A stretch of DNA of 64,000 nt. It comes from an uncultured Bacteroidales bacterium (GTDB lineage: Bacteria; Bacteroidota; Bacteroidia; Bacteroidales; VadinHA17). The stretch covers positions 179,528-243,527 of the forward strand of contig CAVPGA010000009.1 in NCBI GenBank assembly GCA_963703935.1. The letters are read 5' to 3'. Made by a program: the position numbers and the translations under genes. Below are positions 32,774 to 42,903 of the stretch, piece after piece. Below the pieces are notes generated by a model. The model searched no databases. It saw nothing but the letters and a program-made list of their open reading frames with translations, and was not told where the DNA came from. Every line of letters starts with the position of its first letter. Position 1 is the stretch's first letter.

Positions 32774-35042
32774 ATGAGGATGAGAAAAATAGCAATGAAA
32801 TTTAACAAAGTCGCTTTTCGAATTCTGATGATAGCTTTTTTGTCAGGTCTTCAGACTAATATTATTAGTCAGGAGGCGATCAGGATTAAAAGGCTTACTC
32901 TCCCCGTTGAATTTGATGGTATACCGAAAGAAGCATCATGGGAGGCTCTTGATCTTTTTTCATTGACTATGCATAAGCCAAATTATGGGGCTCAGCCTTC
33001 AGAAAAAAGTGAAGTCAGGATCGGATACGATAATGAATACCTGTGGGTGGGTGCCAGTCTTTATATGCAGGATGCATCGAAAATCTTTGCCGTCACAAAG
33101 AAAAGGGATGAAGAACTTTTTGATTATGATGCATTTGGAATTATCCTTGACACTTATAATGACAATGAAAACGGATCTGGCATTTTTTACAACTCCAACC
33201 GGTCTCAGGACAGATTATACAATTTCAAATGATGCTTCACAAAATGGTGGCGGTCCTGGAATGAATTCCGCAATGAATTTAAGCTGGAACACTTTCTGGG
33301 ATGTAAAGACAACAAGGGATGATAAAGGATGGTATGTTGAAATGAGGATCCCTTTTTCAAGCCTGAAATTCAAGCCTGAAAATGATATTGCAACTATGGG
33401 CCTTATAATTACCCGCAATATAAGTTCAAACAATGAGACGGACACATATCCGGCGATTGATCCGAAATATGGGTTTATGGCGCCAAATAAACCTTCACTA
33501 GCCAAGACTATAGAAATAGAGGGAGCCAGACCGTCAAAACCTGTCTATATTTCACCTTATGTCATCGGAGGTTTATCAAGAGACTGGTCTATAAATGAAG
33601 GAGAGACCGCATATGTTAAAGAAGATGATCCCGAATACAATGCCGGGATTGACATAAAATACAATATCAACAGCAATCTTACTCTTGACCTGACTGCAAA
33701 CACCGATTTTGCGCAGGTGGAAGCTGACGATCAGCAGGTAAATCTTACAAGGTATTCACTTTTTTTTCCTGAAAAGAGAATGTTCTTCCAGGAACGGTCA
33801 AGCCTGTTCGATTTCAGTCTTGGCGGACATTCCGACAACCTGTTTTACAGCAGGAATATTGGAATCGCCGGTCGAGAACTTATAAGATTATATGGAGGAG
33901 CCAGGCTGGTCGGGAGGATGGGAAAATGGGACATGGGATTTATGAATATGCAGACCGAAGAACATGAGGAGACCCCGGGAGAGAATTTTGGTGTTCTGAG
34001 AATGCGCAGGCAGGTTATAAATCCGAATAGCTATGTCGGAGGAATTATGACCTCGAGAATTGGAATGAACGGGGATCAGAATATTGCATACGGACTTGAT
34101 GGTATTTTCAGACTATTTGGTGATGATTATCTTAACGTAAAGTGGTCTCAGACCTACGACAGCAAGATCGGAAACAAAATGAATTCGCTTGATCCGTCAT
34201 TTATTATGATCGATTGGGAAAGGAGATCAGAAGAGGGATTTGCATACAATGTGAATTATACCTATTCCGGTCAGAAATTCAATCCGGGCACAGGATTCGT
34301 TATGCGAGGAGGTGTTCAGGGTTTGAATGCCGGAATGTTATACGGGTGGATTCCCGGTGAGAAATCAAGACTGTTTAATTATAATGTCAATATCAGGGCT
34401 GAACGTTACACAAGACTGGAAGATGGAAATCTTGAATCAATGCGGATCTCTCCGGGCTTTGAAATCAATACAAAGAAAAATTTTCATGCAGAAATTTCGC
34501 TGGAATACCTGGAGGAAGGAGTTCTTCAAAATTTCCCCTTATCCGAAAATATCTGGATAAATGCCGGTAATTATTCTTTCCTGGGATTTGAAGGCAGATT
34601 CGGGACCTCGGAATCAAGACTCATTTCTTTCAGGGGAGAAATTTTCGGTGGACAATTTTACGATGGAAACAGAATAGGTCTCGAAGTTGAATCCAATATT
34701 AATTTCTCTTCAAGTTTCAAACTTTCGGGGGGATATGAATTCAATGCCATCAGGTTTCCTGAAAGGGAAATCAACAATTCCCTCAATATCCACTCTGTAA
34801 ACATGAAAGCATTATATATGTTCAGCACAAAACTCTCTGCAACACTACTCGCTCAATATGTAAATACCGAAGATGAACTGATCACTAATTTCAGATTGCG
34901 GTATAATCCCCGCGAAGGGAATGATTTCTACCTGGTATTTAACGATTTCAGGGGTATAGCCAACAGTTATTCCATACCAGAACGACCAAAATTCTTCAAC
35001 AAGACAATAATGGTCAAGTATACCCATACCTTCATTCTTTAA
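32774..35042 (+). pseudogene. CBM9-like / DUF5916-type outer-membrane-associated protein, one frameshift
   Basis: ORF 32774-33232 and ORF 32985-35042 join at DTYNDNENG / LAFFTTPTGLRTD. This is colinear with the intact paralog at 48907-51186 (DTYDDNENGVVFYTTADGLRFD). The shift is near 33170-33180. Confidence 0.7.
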
Positions 35043-35141
35043 ATTGTGTTAACGCTCTGTTAATCCTTGAACCAGCCAGAATAATCTTTATGTTCCTGAT
35101 GTCTATATTGAAAGAATCCTAATATCACTAAATTCACAAAT

Positions 35142-35597
35142 ATGAATATTTTCAAATTTTTTCTTAGCCTTACTATCACTATAGCAATGCTTTTGCTGAT
35201 GGATCCGAGATCATTCTATGGCCTTGCCTTTCATGAATGGGCAGGGCTGATAATCGGAATATTTTTCATTCTTCACAAGATCCTTAACTGGGGCTGGATT
35301 AAAGAAAGTCACGGTTGGGTTTTTCGTGAGATGCCCGGAAGAGCCAGGTTTAATTATCTCCTTGATGTTCTGCTTCTGGCAGGCATCACACTTATGATAA
35401 TCAGCGGAATAGCTATTGCACGGACAATTGACTTTTCGTGGCTCAATCTGGGCGGTTCACGGATATTCTGGAGAGTTATGCATACAAGTTCTTCATTCAT
35501 AACGCTCGCATTATTCGGCATCCATCTTGGATTGCACTGGAACTGGGTTCTTTTGAGGTTACACATTAAAAAAGCAAAAAATGGTAAAGAAAATTAG
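35142..35597 (+). CDS. DUF4405-like four-helix membrane protein, putative di-heme cytochrome b
   Basis: 151-aa ORF with four predicted TM helices. It has two H-x13-H motifs, HEWAGLIIGIFFILH and HTSSSFITLALFGIH. Confidence 0.65.
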   Translation: MNIFKFFLSLTITIAMLLLMDPRSFYGLAFHEWAGLIIGIFFILHKILNWGWIKESHGWVFREMPGRARFNYLLDVLLLAGITLMIISGIAIARTIDFSWLNLGGSRIFWRVMHTSSSFITLALFGIHLGLHWNWVLLRLHIKKAKNGKEN

Positions 35598-36129
35598 CTT
35601 CCTGATATTGTCAGTCGGAATACTGATCACCGGGGTGATATCATTCAATAAACTAAGCTTTTGGGACAGAAGCGTCAGGATATTTAGCTTTAGCTCAGAC
35701 GCCTCTTTCGGGGGAAGAATGGGCAGAGGTCCGGAAGGCAGAGGAGAATATAGTGAAATGGGGAGATTTAACAGGCAGGAAAGACAAGAGGATGGATTTG
35801 TTCGGCCGGAAATGCGTGATCTTCCCGACAGTTTAAGGGGGAGATTCGAAGTCAGGGAAGGTCGTACTGGTACACGAAACAGGGACAGAAATATGCCCGA
35901 CAGCTTAAGGCAGCAGTTTGGCCCGGGAAATGGGGAGCGAATGGAAAGAGGCTCTTTTGAGCGGGGAATGAGAAACGGTGAAGGAAGGGGAAGAGGTGAA
36001 TTCCCGGGAGGTAAAAAAATAAACCTCAAAAACGTCCTCTGGTTCCTTGCCGTCTTTGCATCCTTTACTGTGCTGGCAATATATATTGATAAAGCATTTT
36101 GTCTGATCCGGAAAAGAAAACTGAGATAA
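35581..36129 (+). CDS. Bitopic membrane protein with an Arg/Gly/Glu-rich disordered central region
   Basis: 182-aa ORF that overlaps the upstream gene by 17 nt. It has TM segments at both ends. The motif PDSLR(G/Q)(R/Q)F is repeated, and there are RGRG/GEGRG tracts. Confidence 0.55.
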   Translation: MVKKISFLILSVGILITGVISFNKLSFWDRSVRIFSFSSDASFGGRMGRGPEGRGEYSEMGRFNRQERQEDGFVRPEMRDLPDSLRGRFEVREGRTGTRNRDRNMPDSLRQQFGPGNGERMERGSFERGMRNGEGRGRGEFPGGKKINLKNVLWFLAVFASFTVLAIYIDKAFCLIRKRKLR

Positions 36130-36131
36130 TC

Positions 36132-36206
36132 CATCGGTAGTAAAGAAGAGTTGCTTAATACATTTGATTTCTTGTCCGGAAGATATTTTAAATTCAAGTA
36201 CCTTTG
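36132..36206 (+). other. Gene relic: 58-nt fragment of a paralog of the 47235-47759 gene, fused to the lead motif of the CTTTGTG element
   Basis: 36132-36189 matches 47462-47519 at 53 of 58 positions (CATCGGTAGTAAAGAAGAGTTGCTTAAT...). It is followed by AAATTCAAGTACCTTTG. Confidence 0.8.
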
Positions 36207-36209
36207 AGG

Positions 36210-37556
36210 CTAGTGTTTCATTATTGTTTCGCCGAATTTCTTTGTTACCTGTATTCCGGTTTTTTCAAGGAACCGGGTAGGTAATTCACCTCCGGCAAAG
36301 ATATATACGAGATCATTTTTCAAGCTTAAATTCCGGCCATCAGACCCAGAAGAAAGAGTTACGCTTTCATCCTCAATGTTAATGAGACTTGTATTAAACC
36401 TTAACTCTATCTTCCCTTCGGCGGCTGCTTTGTTAATAGCAATGTTGTTAACAGGTTTGATACGGTTAAAAACCTCATTTCTGTAGGAAATTGTTACATG
36501 ATTTTCATCAGCAAGCAGCAATGCAGCTTCAATTGCGGAATCGCCACCTCCCACAATAAGTATATTATTACCCCTGATACCCTCAGGTTCGAGGAGCCGG
36601 TAAGCTACCTTTTCCTTTAATTCGCCAGGTACATTCAGCTTACGCGGGCTTCCGCGCCTTCCTATTGCAAGCAGAACAGAGGCGGTTTTGTAAATCTGAC
36701 TGTCATATGTGATCACCTCGATATGAGTGTTCAATCTGATAATCGATTCCACTTTGCAGTTTTCCCGGACAGGAATATTGTATTTCGACAGGACGGATTT
36801 CCAAAGATCGAGAAGAACTGCCTTGGTTGTCTGATATAGTTTTATTTTGCCCATGAGCGACAGATACATCGGTGAAGTCATCACTACTTTCTTGCGGGGA
36901 TATGTAAAGACTGTTCCTCCGAGGGAATCCTGTTCAAGAAGGAGGAATCTGACATCATTCTTTTTTGCTGTAAGCGATGCTGAAATGCCTGCCGGACCGG
37001 CACCAATTATAATGATATCATATTCCACACCATTTCCCTTTTTCAGCGATCTGATAATATTTTCAGTAGCTTGTCTTCCCTGTTCGACGGCATTTTTTAT
37101 TAGCCCCATTCCACCTAGTTCTCCGGCAATGAATATGCCAGGGACATTGGTTTCAAAGGTTTTGCTGACATGAGGCAGGTCGACACCCCGTTTCTCGGTG
37201 CCGATCTTTAAGGAGATCGCGTGAGTGGGACAGGCATGGAAACATGCTCCGTGACCTATACACCGGGCAGCATTTATAATTACTGCTTTTCCATGTTTTA
37301 ATCCCAATATGTCTTTTTCAACACATGCATTTACACATGCACCTGTACCGATGCAACTGTTAATGTCGATATGCGGATATAGTGAAACCGGCTCATGAAG
37401 ACCATTTTCCAGAGCTTTTTCAATCTTCTCATCAGTAATTTTTGATTGTTTTGCCTTTCTGCGGATGTAAAGAATTATCACCCAGGAACTCAGGAATGCT
37501 GCAAAGCAATAAAACAATATTTTAAAAATTGTATGGTCCATAACTAAAAGTTCCAT
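36210..37556 (-). CDS. Membrane-anchored Fe-S flavoprotein: ferredoxin-like domain plus FAD/NAD(P)-binding oxidoreductase
   Basis: 448-aa ORF. It has an N-terminal TM helix followed by RRKAKQSK. It has two cysteine motifs, CIGTGACVNAC and CIGHGACFHACP. It has two dinucleotide-binding motifs, IIIGAGPAG and ILIVGGGDSA. Confidence 0.75.
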   Translation of the reverse strand: MELLVMDHTIFKILFYCFAAFLSSWVIILYIRRKAKQSKITDEKIEKALENGLHEPVSLYPHIDINSCIGTGACVNACVEKDILGLKHGKAVIINAARCIGHGACFHACPTHAISLKIGTEKRGVDLPHVSKTFETNVPGIFIAGELGGMGLIKNAVEQGRQATENIIRSLKKGNGVEYDIIIIGAGPAGISASLTAKKNDVRFLLLEQDSLGGTVFTYPRKKVVMTSPMYLSLMGKIKLYQTTKAVLLDLWKSVLSKYNIPVRENCKVESIIRLNTHIEVITYDSQIYKTASVLLAIGRRGSPRKLNVPGELKEKVAYRLLEPEGIRGNNILIVGGGDSAIEAALLLADENHVTISYRNEVFNRIKPVNNIAINKAAAEGKIELRFNTSLINIEDESVTLSSGSDGRNLSLKNDLVYIFAGGELPTRFLEKTGIQVTKKFGETIMKH

Positions 37557-38413
37557 GCATATCCCAGGGCTGCAATTATGATCACATGTATAATCAGAAA
37601 TATCAGCATTACAATGGTAATCGGAAAATGAAAAACATGCCAGTAGCGGAAAAGGTTTTTCATCCTTTCAAGCCGCTCCAGAATTCTCTCAAGTCTTATA
37701 TCATTCTTAACAAGAGCCATTATCTGCAAGCGTTTGGACCGTGACAATTTAATTTGCCTGAGAAAGCTGTTTATTTTGTAGATGGTTTTCCTGTCATCCC
37801 TTGACTTCTTCAAAAACCGGGGATGCCTGTTTTCAACGTAAATTACTGATCTCTTTTCAATTGAAAATGAAATGTATTTAAAGGTTTCTTCATCCATATT
37901 GTAGGAATCCCTGATCTCTGAAAGAATGTCATTTCGAATTTCCCTTACCTCTTTAAGGTCAAGCTCCCGTCCTTCGATTGTCCTGGGGATCTGAAGATAA
38001 ATGAACCGACCGGCTACTCCGCTTACCACGGCTGTGACCATACACCAGAAGCTGAAACCAGCCACACCGCCTAGCTTGAAAGATGTATGAAATACAACCA
38101 TTATTGTTCCCAGGATACACATGAAGATATGAAACTCAAGCCAGTACATCAGTTCTCCAAGCCGGTGTAAAAAACGATATCTTTTCCTTGCCATATATAA
38201 TCCAACACCGCTGATAATACAAACAGATCCCATCATTCCAATACTGTGACCAACAGAACCACTTGGTTTAAGACTTTTATTATCCGGGTGATAAAACCTG
38301 TCCTCAAGGTTGACTACATAATACGAACGGCCATAATATGCCCCGATAATGGTGACAATTAAAATTACAGCAACAAACATGCTTAGAAAAGTAAAATGAG
38401 CACCTTTGGACAT
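37544..38413 (-). CDS. Five-TM membrane protein, putative di-heme cytochrome b
   Basis: 289-aa ORF whose 3' end overlaps the downstream flavoprotein gene by 13 nt. H-x13-H motifs lie in TM3 (HIFMCILGTIMVVFH) and TM5 (HFPITIVMLIFLIIH). A Lys/Arg/Glu-rich loop of ~110 aa lies between TM4 and TM5. Confidence 0.6.
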   Translation of the reverse strand: MSKGAHFTFLSMFVAVILIVTIIGAYYGRSYYVVNLEDRFYHPDNKSLKPSGSVGHSIGMMGSVCIISGVGLYMARKRYRFLHRLGELMYWLEFHIFMCILGTIMVVFHTSFKLGGVAGFSFWCMVTAVVSGVAGRFIYLQIPRTIEGRELDLKEVREIRNDILSEIRDSYNMDEETFKYISFSIEKRSVIYVENRHPRFLKKSRDDRKTIYKINSFLRQIKLSRSKRLQIMALVKNDIRLERILERLERMKNLFRYWHVFHFPITIVMLIFLIIHVIIIAALGYAWNF

Positions 38414-38749
38414 CAGGTTAATGTTTGAATTAAAACTGTCTTAATCCTCTGTTTTGACCAATGTCTGCCAACAGTGTCTTATTCTTATACCTGAACAGAG
38501 TCAGGTTATTTCAATTTCAGATGATTTCCGGATAATTTTAAAACAGTTTAAGAGAATGGATATTGCGCCCGGGGTTATGCTAATTATCATGACTTAGTTG
38601 AAACCTGTTCAGGTCGAAACTACCTGTTAAGCTGCCGGACCTCAGGTGGCCTTCCAGATTTGCCATTACGGACAGAATCGGAGTTGGTATATGGCTTGTT
38701 CCCGGATTTGAAGAAGAATTTAAAATTGAAATGAATGAAGATAAATCTA

Positions 38750-39653
38750 TTACTCCAGTAGATTATATTTTCGAAGAAAATCATCTGCAAGCTTAAGTAT
38801 TTCATCATCAAAATAGCGTGAATATTTTGGGTTTCCCTCCCCCAGATAATGTTTCCTTCCCTCATACAGATGCAGTTCAAAATAATTGCCCTTCTCTTTC
38901 ATCGCACTTTCAAAAAATTGAACAGTCCATTTAGGAACCTGTTCATCATCAGTACCATGAAATTCAATCATCGGAGGTAATCCTTTCCTCATATTATGGG
39001 CTGGTGAGATGCTCCAGATTTTATTCCTGCGGTCAGCCAGCAAACGGTCACACCAGCCCTCAACTGCATTTACACATGCCGAAAACAGCAAGAATCGCAT
39101 TCGGACAGCAGCTGATATTCAGATCATCTGATTTTTCATTGTAATCATCAATCATAGCTGTGCATAATGCCAGGTGACCTCCGGCAGACTGACCTGCTGC
39201 AACTATTTTGTTTCTGTCAATATGAAATTTTCCTGGCGTTTTCCCGGACCCAGCGCATTGCTGATTTTGCATCCATCAATGATTCGATGGGGCTGATCGT
39301 TTTATGTGGGGTTATACCATTTTCAATTGACAAACGGTAATCTACCGAACAGGTTACTATCCCCATCTTTGCGTATCGTTCACAGGTAGTAAAAAACTCA
39401 CTGGGAGTGCCAAAAGCCCATCCCCCTCCGTGAAAGAAAACAATCGCTGTATTATTCTCTCTTTCAAACGATTGATTAGTATAGAAAATATCAATCTTAA
39501 GGTTGAATGTGTCAATCGTTTTGTAAATTTCCTGGATATGAGTAACCTGATCCTGGTTTTGAGCTGATCAGTTGATGGCCATCTGTCCATCTGATGGCAG
39601 CATAGGCCGGAACAGATGAGGCAAAGGAGACGGAAAATGAATAGGTTTTTCAT
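38750..39653 (-). pseudogene. Alpha/beta-hydrolase fold-3 esterase/lipase, at least 3 frameshifts
   Basis: It has a signal peptide (MKNLFIFRLLCLICSG), an oxyanion HGGGW motif and a GQSAGG nucleophile elbow. The C-terminus contains HGTDDEQVP. These pieces lie in three different frames. Confidence 0.65.
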
Positions 39654-39667
39654 TGTTTCTAAATCCC

Positions 39668-41081
39668 CTATTTTGTAATTTTTCCAGCCAGGAACCATTC
39701 CTGCCCTGGCATATCCCTGAGGTACTCTTTCTGAAAATCATATTCCGGATGAGCTTCAAGAAAACTCTTTGCTATAAAAGGTTGACCACAGGGGTGACCC
39801 ATAATTGCCCAGAATTGCATTTTACTGGCAAGATTGCTGTCGGTTGCTTTTGCCTGAACGGCTCCGGCTGGAAATATGCGCCATCCCAGCTTATTTCTTT
39901 TTTCCCTGCCTCATCTTCATCAAGATGTCCGCAGAGAGAAAAACGGCCGGCTTTTTCCTTCTTACGTTTCATATCGTAATGATCGCCCATAAATGCCTTT
40001 GCTGATTCAATGTCTATTTTTCCTTTGTGGTCTTTCATTAACTCCTCCCACCTTAGCCGACGCATATTTGCCGAAGCATCAGGATCTGAGGGATCAAAAG
40101 AGGTTTCTTCTTTGATGAGCTTTTCATTTACCGGGAAGTTTGCTCCTGTAAAATATCCGTCATTAGTCCGTTCAAGAAAATGATTTTTAAGGCCAAGCTC
40201 AAGACGGGCAATCTCTCCGGTTTTGTTATCACCTATAAGCCAGTCATTTGCATATCCTCCATTATTATTTTCTATCATTATTGCTGTCCATTCATCTATT
40301 GATGATGAGTACTGAATTGCTTTACGGGCACGGACAAATTCAGCCACTCCTGTTGTGTCGAATCCTGAGAAGGTCGAAATGGTGGTTTCTGTTACAATTA
40401 ATCCGGCACTGTTGATATTGAAATCATCACCGCTATGAATAAATCCGGGAAGAGCATCCATTATTATTCTGTTACCTTTTTCAGGGAGAATGTCCATAAT
40501 TATATTCCATCTTTCGCCAACTACGTACTCGCTCCAGTTATTATGTGCCATAACGATTTTACCGTCTGATGTCCATGAACCTGTTGCAGCAATGGCACTG
40601 CAATGTTCAGGAGGTGACGGATTTTCCTGTTTATCCAGCCACGGAACAAAATAACCTGCCATTTCAAGGAATGAATTTATTGCAACCAGATCTCTGATGT
40701 CAATTTTGCCTTCCCCGAGCTTTGCATTTACTCCGGCTGCAATTCCATTCATTTCTTGCGATACTCCGCAGGGATTTTCGACCAGAACAATCTGTACGAC
40801 TCATTCCTGTAAAAATCCCAGCTTCTGCCGGTAGTATTTTCATTCAGCATTGCCATGGCACCACGAAGATCGATTATCTCGTCTGCAAGAAGGTATCCAT
40901 GCTGATAACCGATGACTTCCGGTGTTCCTTCAACGTGGATCAGAATCCATCCGTTCTTTTCAGTCCGGCTTGCATTTATCATGATCTCTTCATGGGAGAT
41001 AGATGCCTTTTTTGGTGAGGAAGTGTTGCAACTTATCAGCACTGATAAGATTAGCAGGAAAGACAAGAAAAATTTAATCAT
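39668..41081 (-). pseudogene. Ntn-hydrolase, phospholipase B-like / peptidase C45-like, at least 2 frameshifts
   Basis: It has a lipoprotein signal (LSVLISC), a putative nucleophile in HCSAIAATG, and SGDDFNINSAGLIVTETT. The first frame break is at 40750 (…AEYRK/EMNGIAAG…). The second is near 39870, with the true C-terminus PAGAVQAKATDSNLASKMQFWAIMGHPCGQPF... ending at 39668. Confidence 0.5.
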
Positions 41082-41108
41082 AGCTATCAGGTAAAAAATA
41101 ATAAATAT

Positions 41109-42599
41109 TTACAAACTCCACCCGTTGCGGTATTCAAAGTGAAGAAGTTTATTGGCTTCCTCATTATTGGTAATTTTTAAGTTTACTGAATCCCATTCAA
41201 TTTCTTTACCACCCATTCTCAAACAGATATTTCCGAGCTGACATGCTTCGGTCAATGGGCCGGCAAAGCCGAAATCGGATTCGGTTGTTCCATTACCCTT
41301 GCATGCTTCGATCCATTCTTTATGATGTCCGATAGAACGTGGTAAGGTTTGAGCCGGTTGCTTATAATCATTAATCCTTGATTCAGGTATGAACCTTAGT
41401 GTTCTTGTTCCTTCCCCGCGTGAAAGGAACTTGCCTTTATCACCGACAAAAATTACTCCATTTGCTTTATCCCAATCCGGCAGATCTGTACTGTAAACAC
41501 CATTAACAGCATCCGCATCAAGCTCCACCGGGCCTTTGGGGCAGTAGACCTCCGTCATACCAGTGTACTGTTACCGGAGGCATTTTATCACGTGCAGGAA
41601 ACTCAAAGTGAATCAAAGAAGCAAGCGGGAATGTTTCCGGAAAGATGGGTGAAGAACTTCCGTGAATACGCGTGGGGGCAGTCAGCTTTAAGGAAGTGAA
41701 TACAGGGGCAAGGTTATGAATAGCCTCATCGCCTATGGCTCCGCTTCCGAAATCGAACCAGCCGCGCCAGGCAAAAGGCACATAGGCCGGATTATAAGGT
41801 CGATCAGGAGATGGTCCAAGCCATAAGTCCCAGTCAAGGGTAGCGGGTACACGGGGAGTATCCAATGGCCGTTCAATTCCCTGTGGCCAGATAGGGCGAT
41901 TTGACCAGGCATGTACTTCACGTACCTGACCGATAGCTCCATCCCAAAGCCATTCCTTAAGCTGTCTGTTGGCATCAGAAGCCATACCCTGGTTTCCCAT
42001 CTGTGTGGCTACCTTGGCTTCTTTTGCAGCCATAGCCAATGCACGGGCTTCAAATACGGTATGAGTTAACGGTTTTTCGCAATACACATGCTTTCCCATC
42101 TTCATTGCCATCATGGCGGCAACAGCGTGGGTATGGTCCGGTGTGCCAATCACGACTGCATCTATTGATTTTTCCTTTTCAAGCATCTTCCGAAAATCTT
42201 TATAGATCTTCGCTTTTGGATAACCTTTAAAGGTATTGCCTGCTCTTTCTTCATCCACATCGCATAATGCGTAGATGTTGGCTAGCTTAACAGGTTCTCT
42301 TGCTTCCTGCGATCTTGTGCCGGTTTGTGCCGGAGCAGGAGCTACGTCGTCATATGTTATTTTTTGGCTTGCACAACTTCATCAGGATCGCTTATTGCCC
42401 GTATATCACTTGTTCCACGACCTCCAACTCCTATCCCTGCAACATTGATCATGTCGCTGGGGGCAGTATAGCCAATCCCACCCAAAACATGACGCGGGAT
42501 AATAGTAAATGCCGCTGATGCCGCACCAACTGTGCGTATAAAATTCCGTCTCGACAGACTTTTACCTTTTTGGCTTTTTATTTTCTCGTTCTTTTTCAT
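41109..42599 (-). pseudogene. Tat-exported Gfo/Idh/MocA family oxidoreductase, 2 frameshifts
   Basis: It has a twin-arginine signal (SRRNFIRTVGAASAA), GIGVGGRG and CEKP motifs. The breaks are in a T6 run at 42359-42364 and a G4 run at 41539-41542. Three ORFs (42357-42599, 41518-42258, 41109-41558) join colinearly. Confidence 0.7.
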
Positions 42600-42903
42600 A
42601 TGTCAAAATGATTTGTGGAATTTTTCTTATGGTAGCTAATTAATAGTTTTAAGCCAAATTACAGGATTTTTCAGAAGTTGCAACCAGAATTGCGAATTTA
42701 AACAGGCTATGGTTAAATGATCCCTTATTTTCTTCTGTGTCCCTTTGTCTTTTTTAGTATATTCGTAGTCATACATGCCAGATTATTGGTAAGAATAACA
42801 TTTTGAACATTCCTGAAGGATCAGATTCCGTTAAAGAAGGTAAGCAATGTTTTGTTTTATGGGAAATATCCTTGAATAATCTAACTAATATCAGAAATGA
42901 ATT

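Noticed and set aside
35559-36197. 212-aa minus-strand ORF antisense to the RG-rich gene.
   Set aside because: Its Ser/Pro/Leu-rich low-complexity translation is the mirror of the GA-rich coding strand. The plus-strand ORF has TM helices at both ends and is translationally coupled to the upstream gene.
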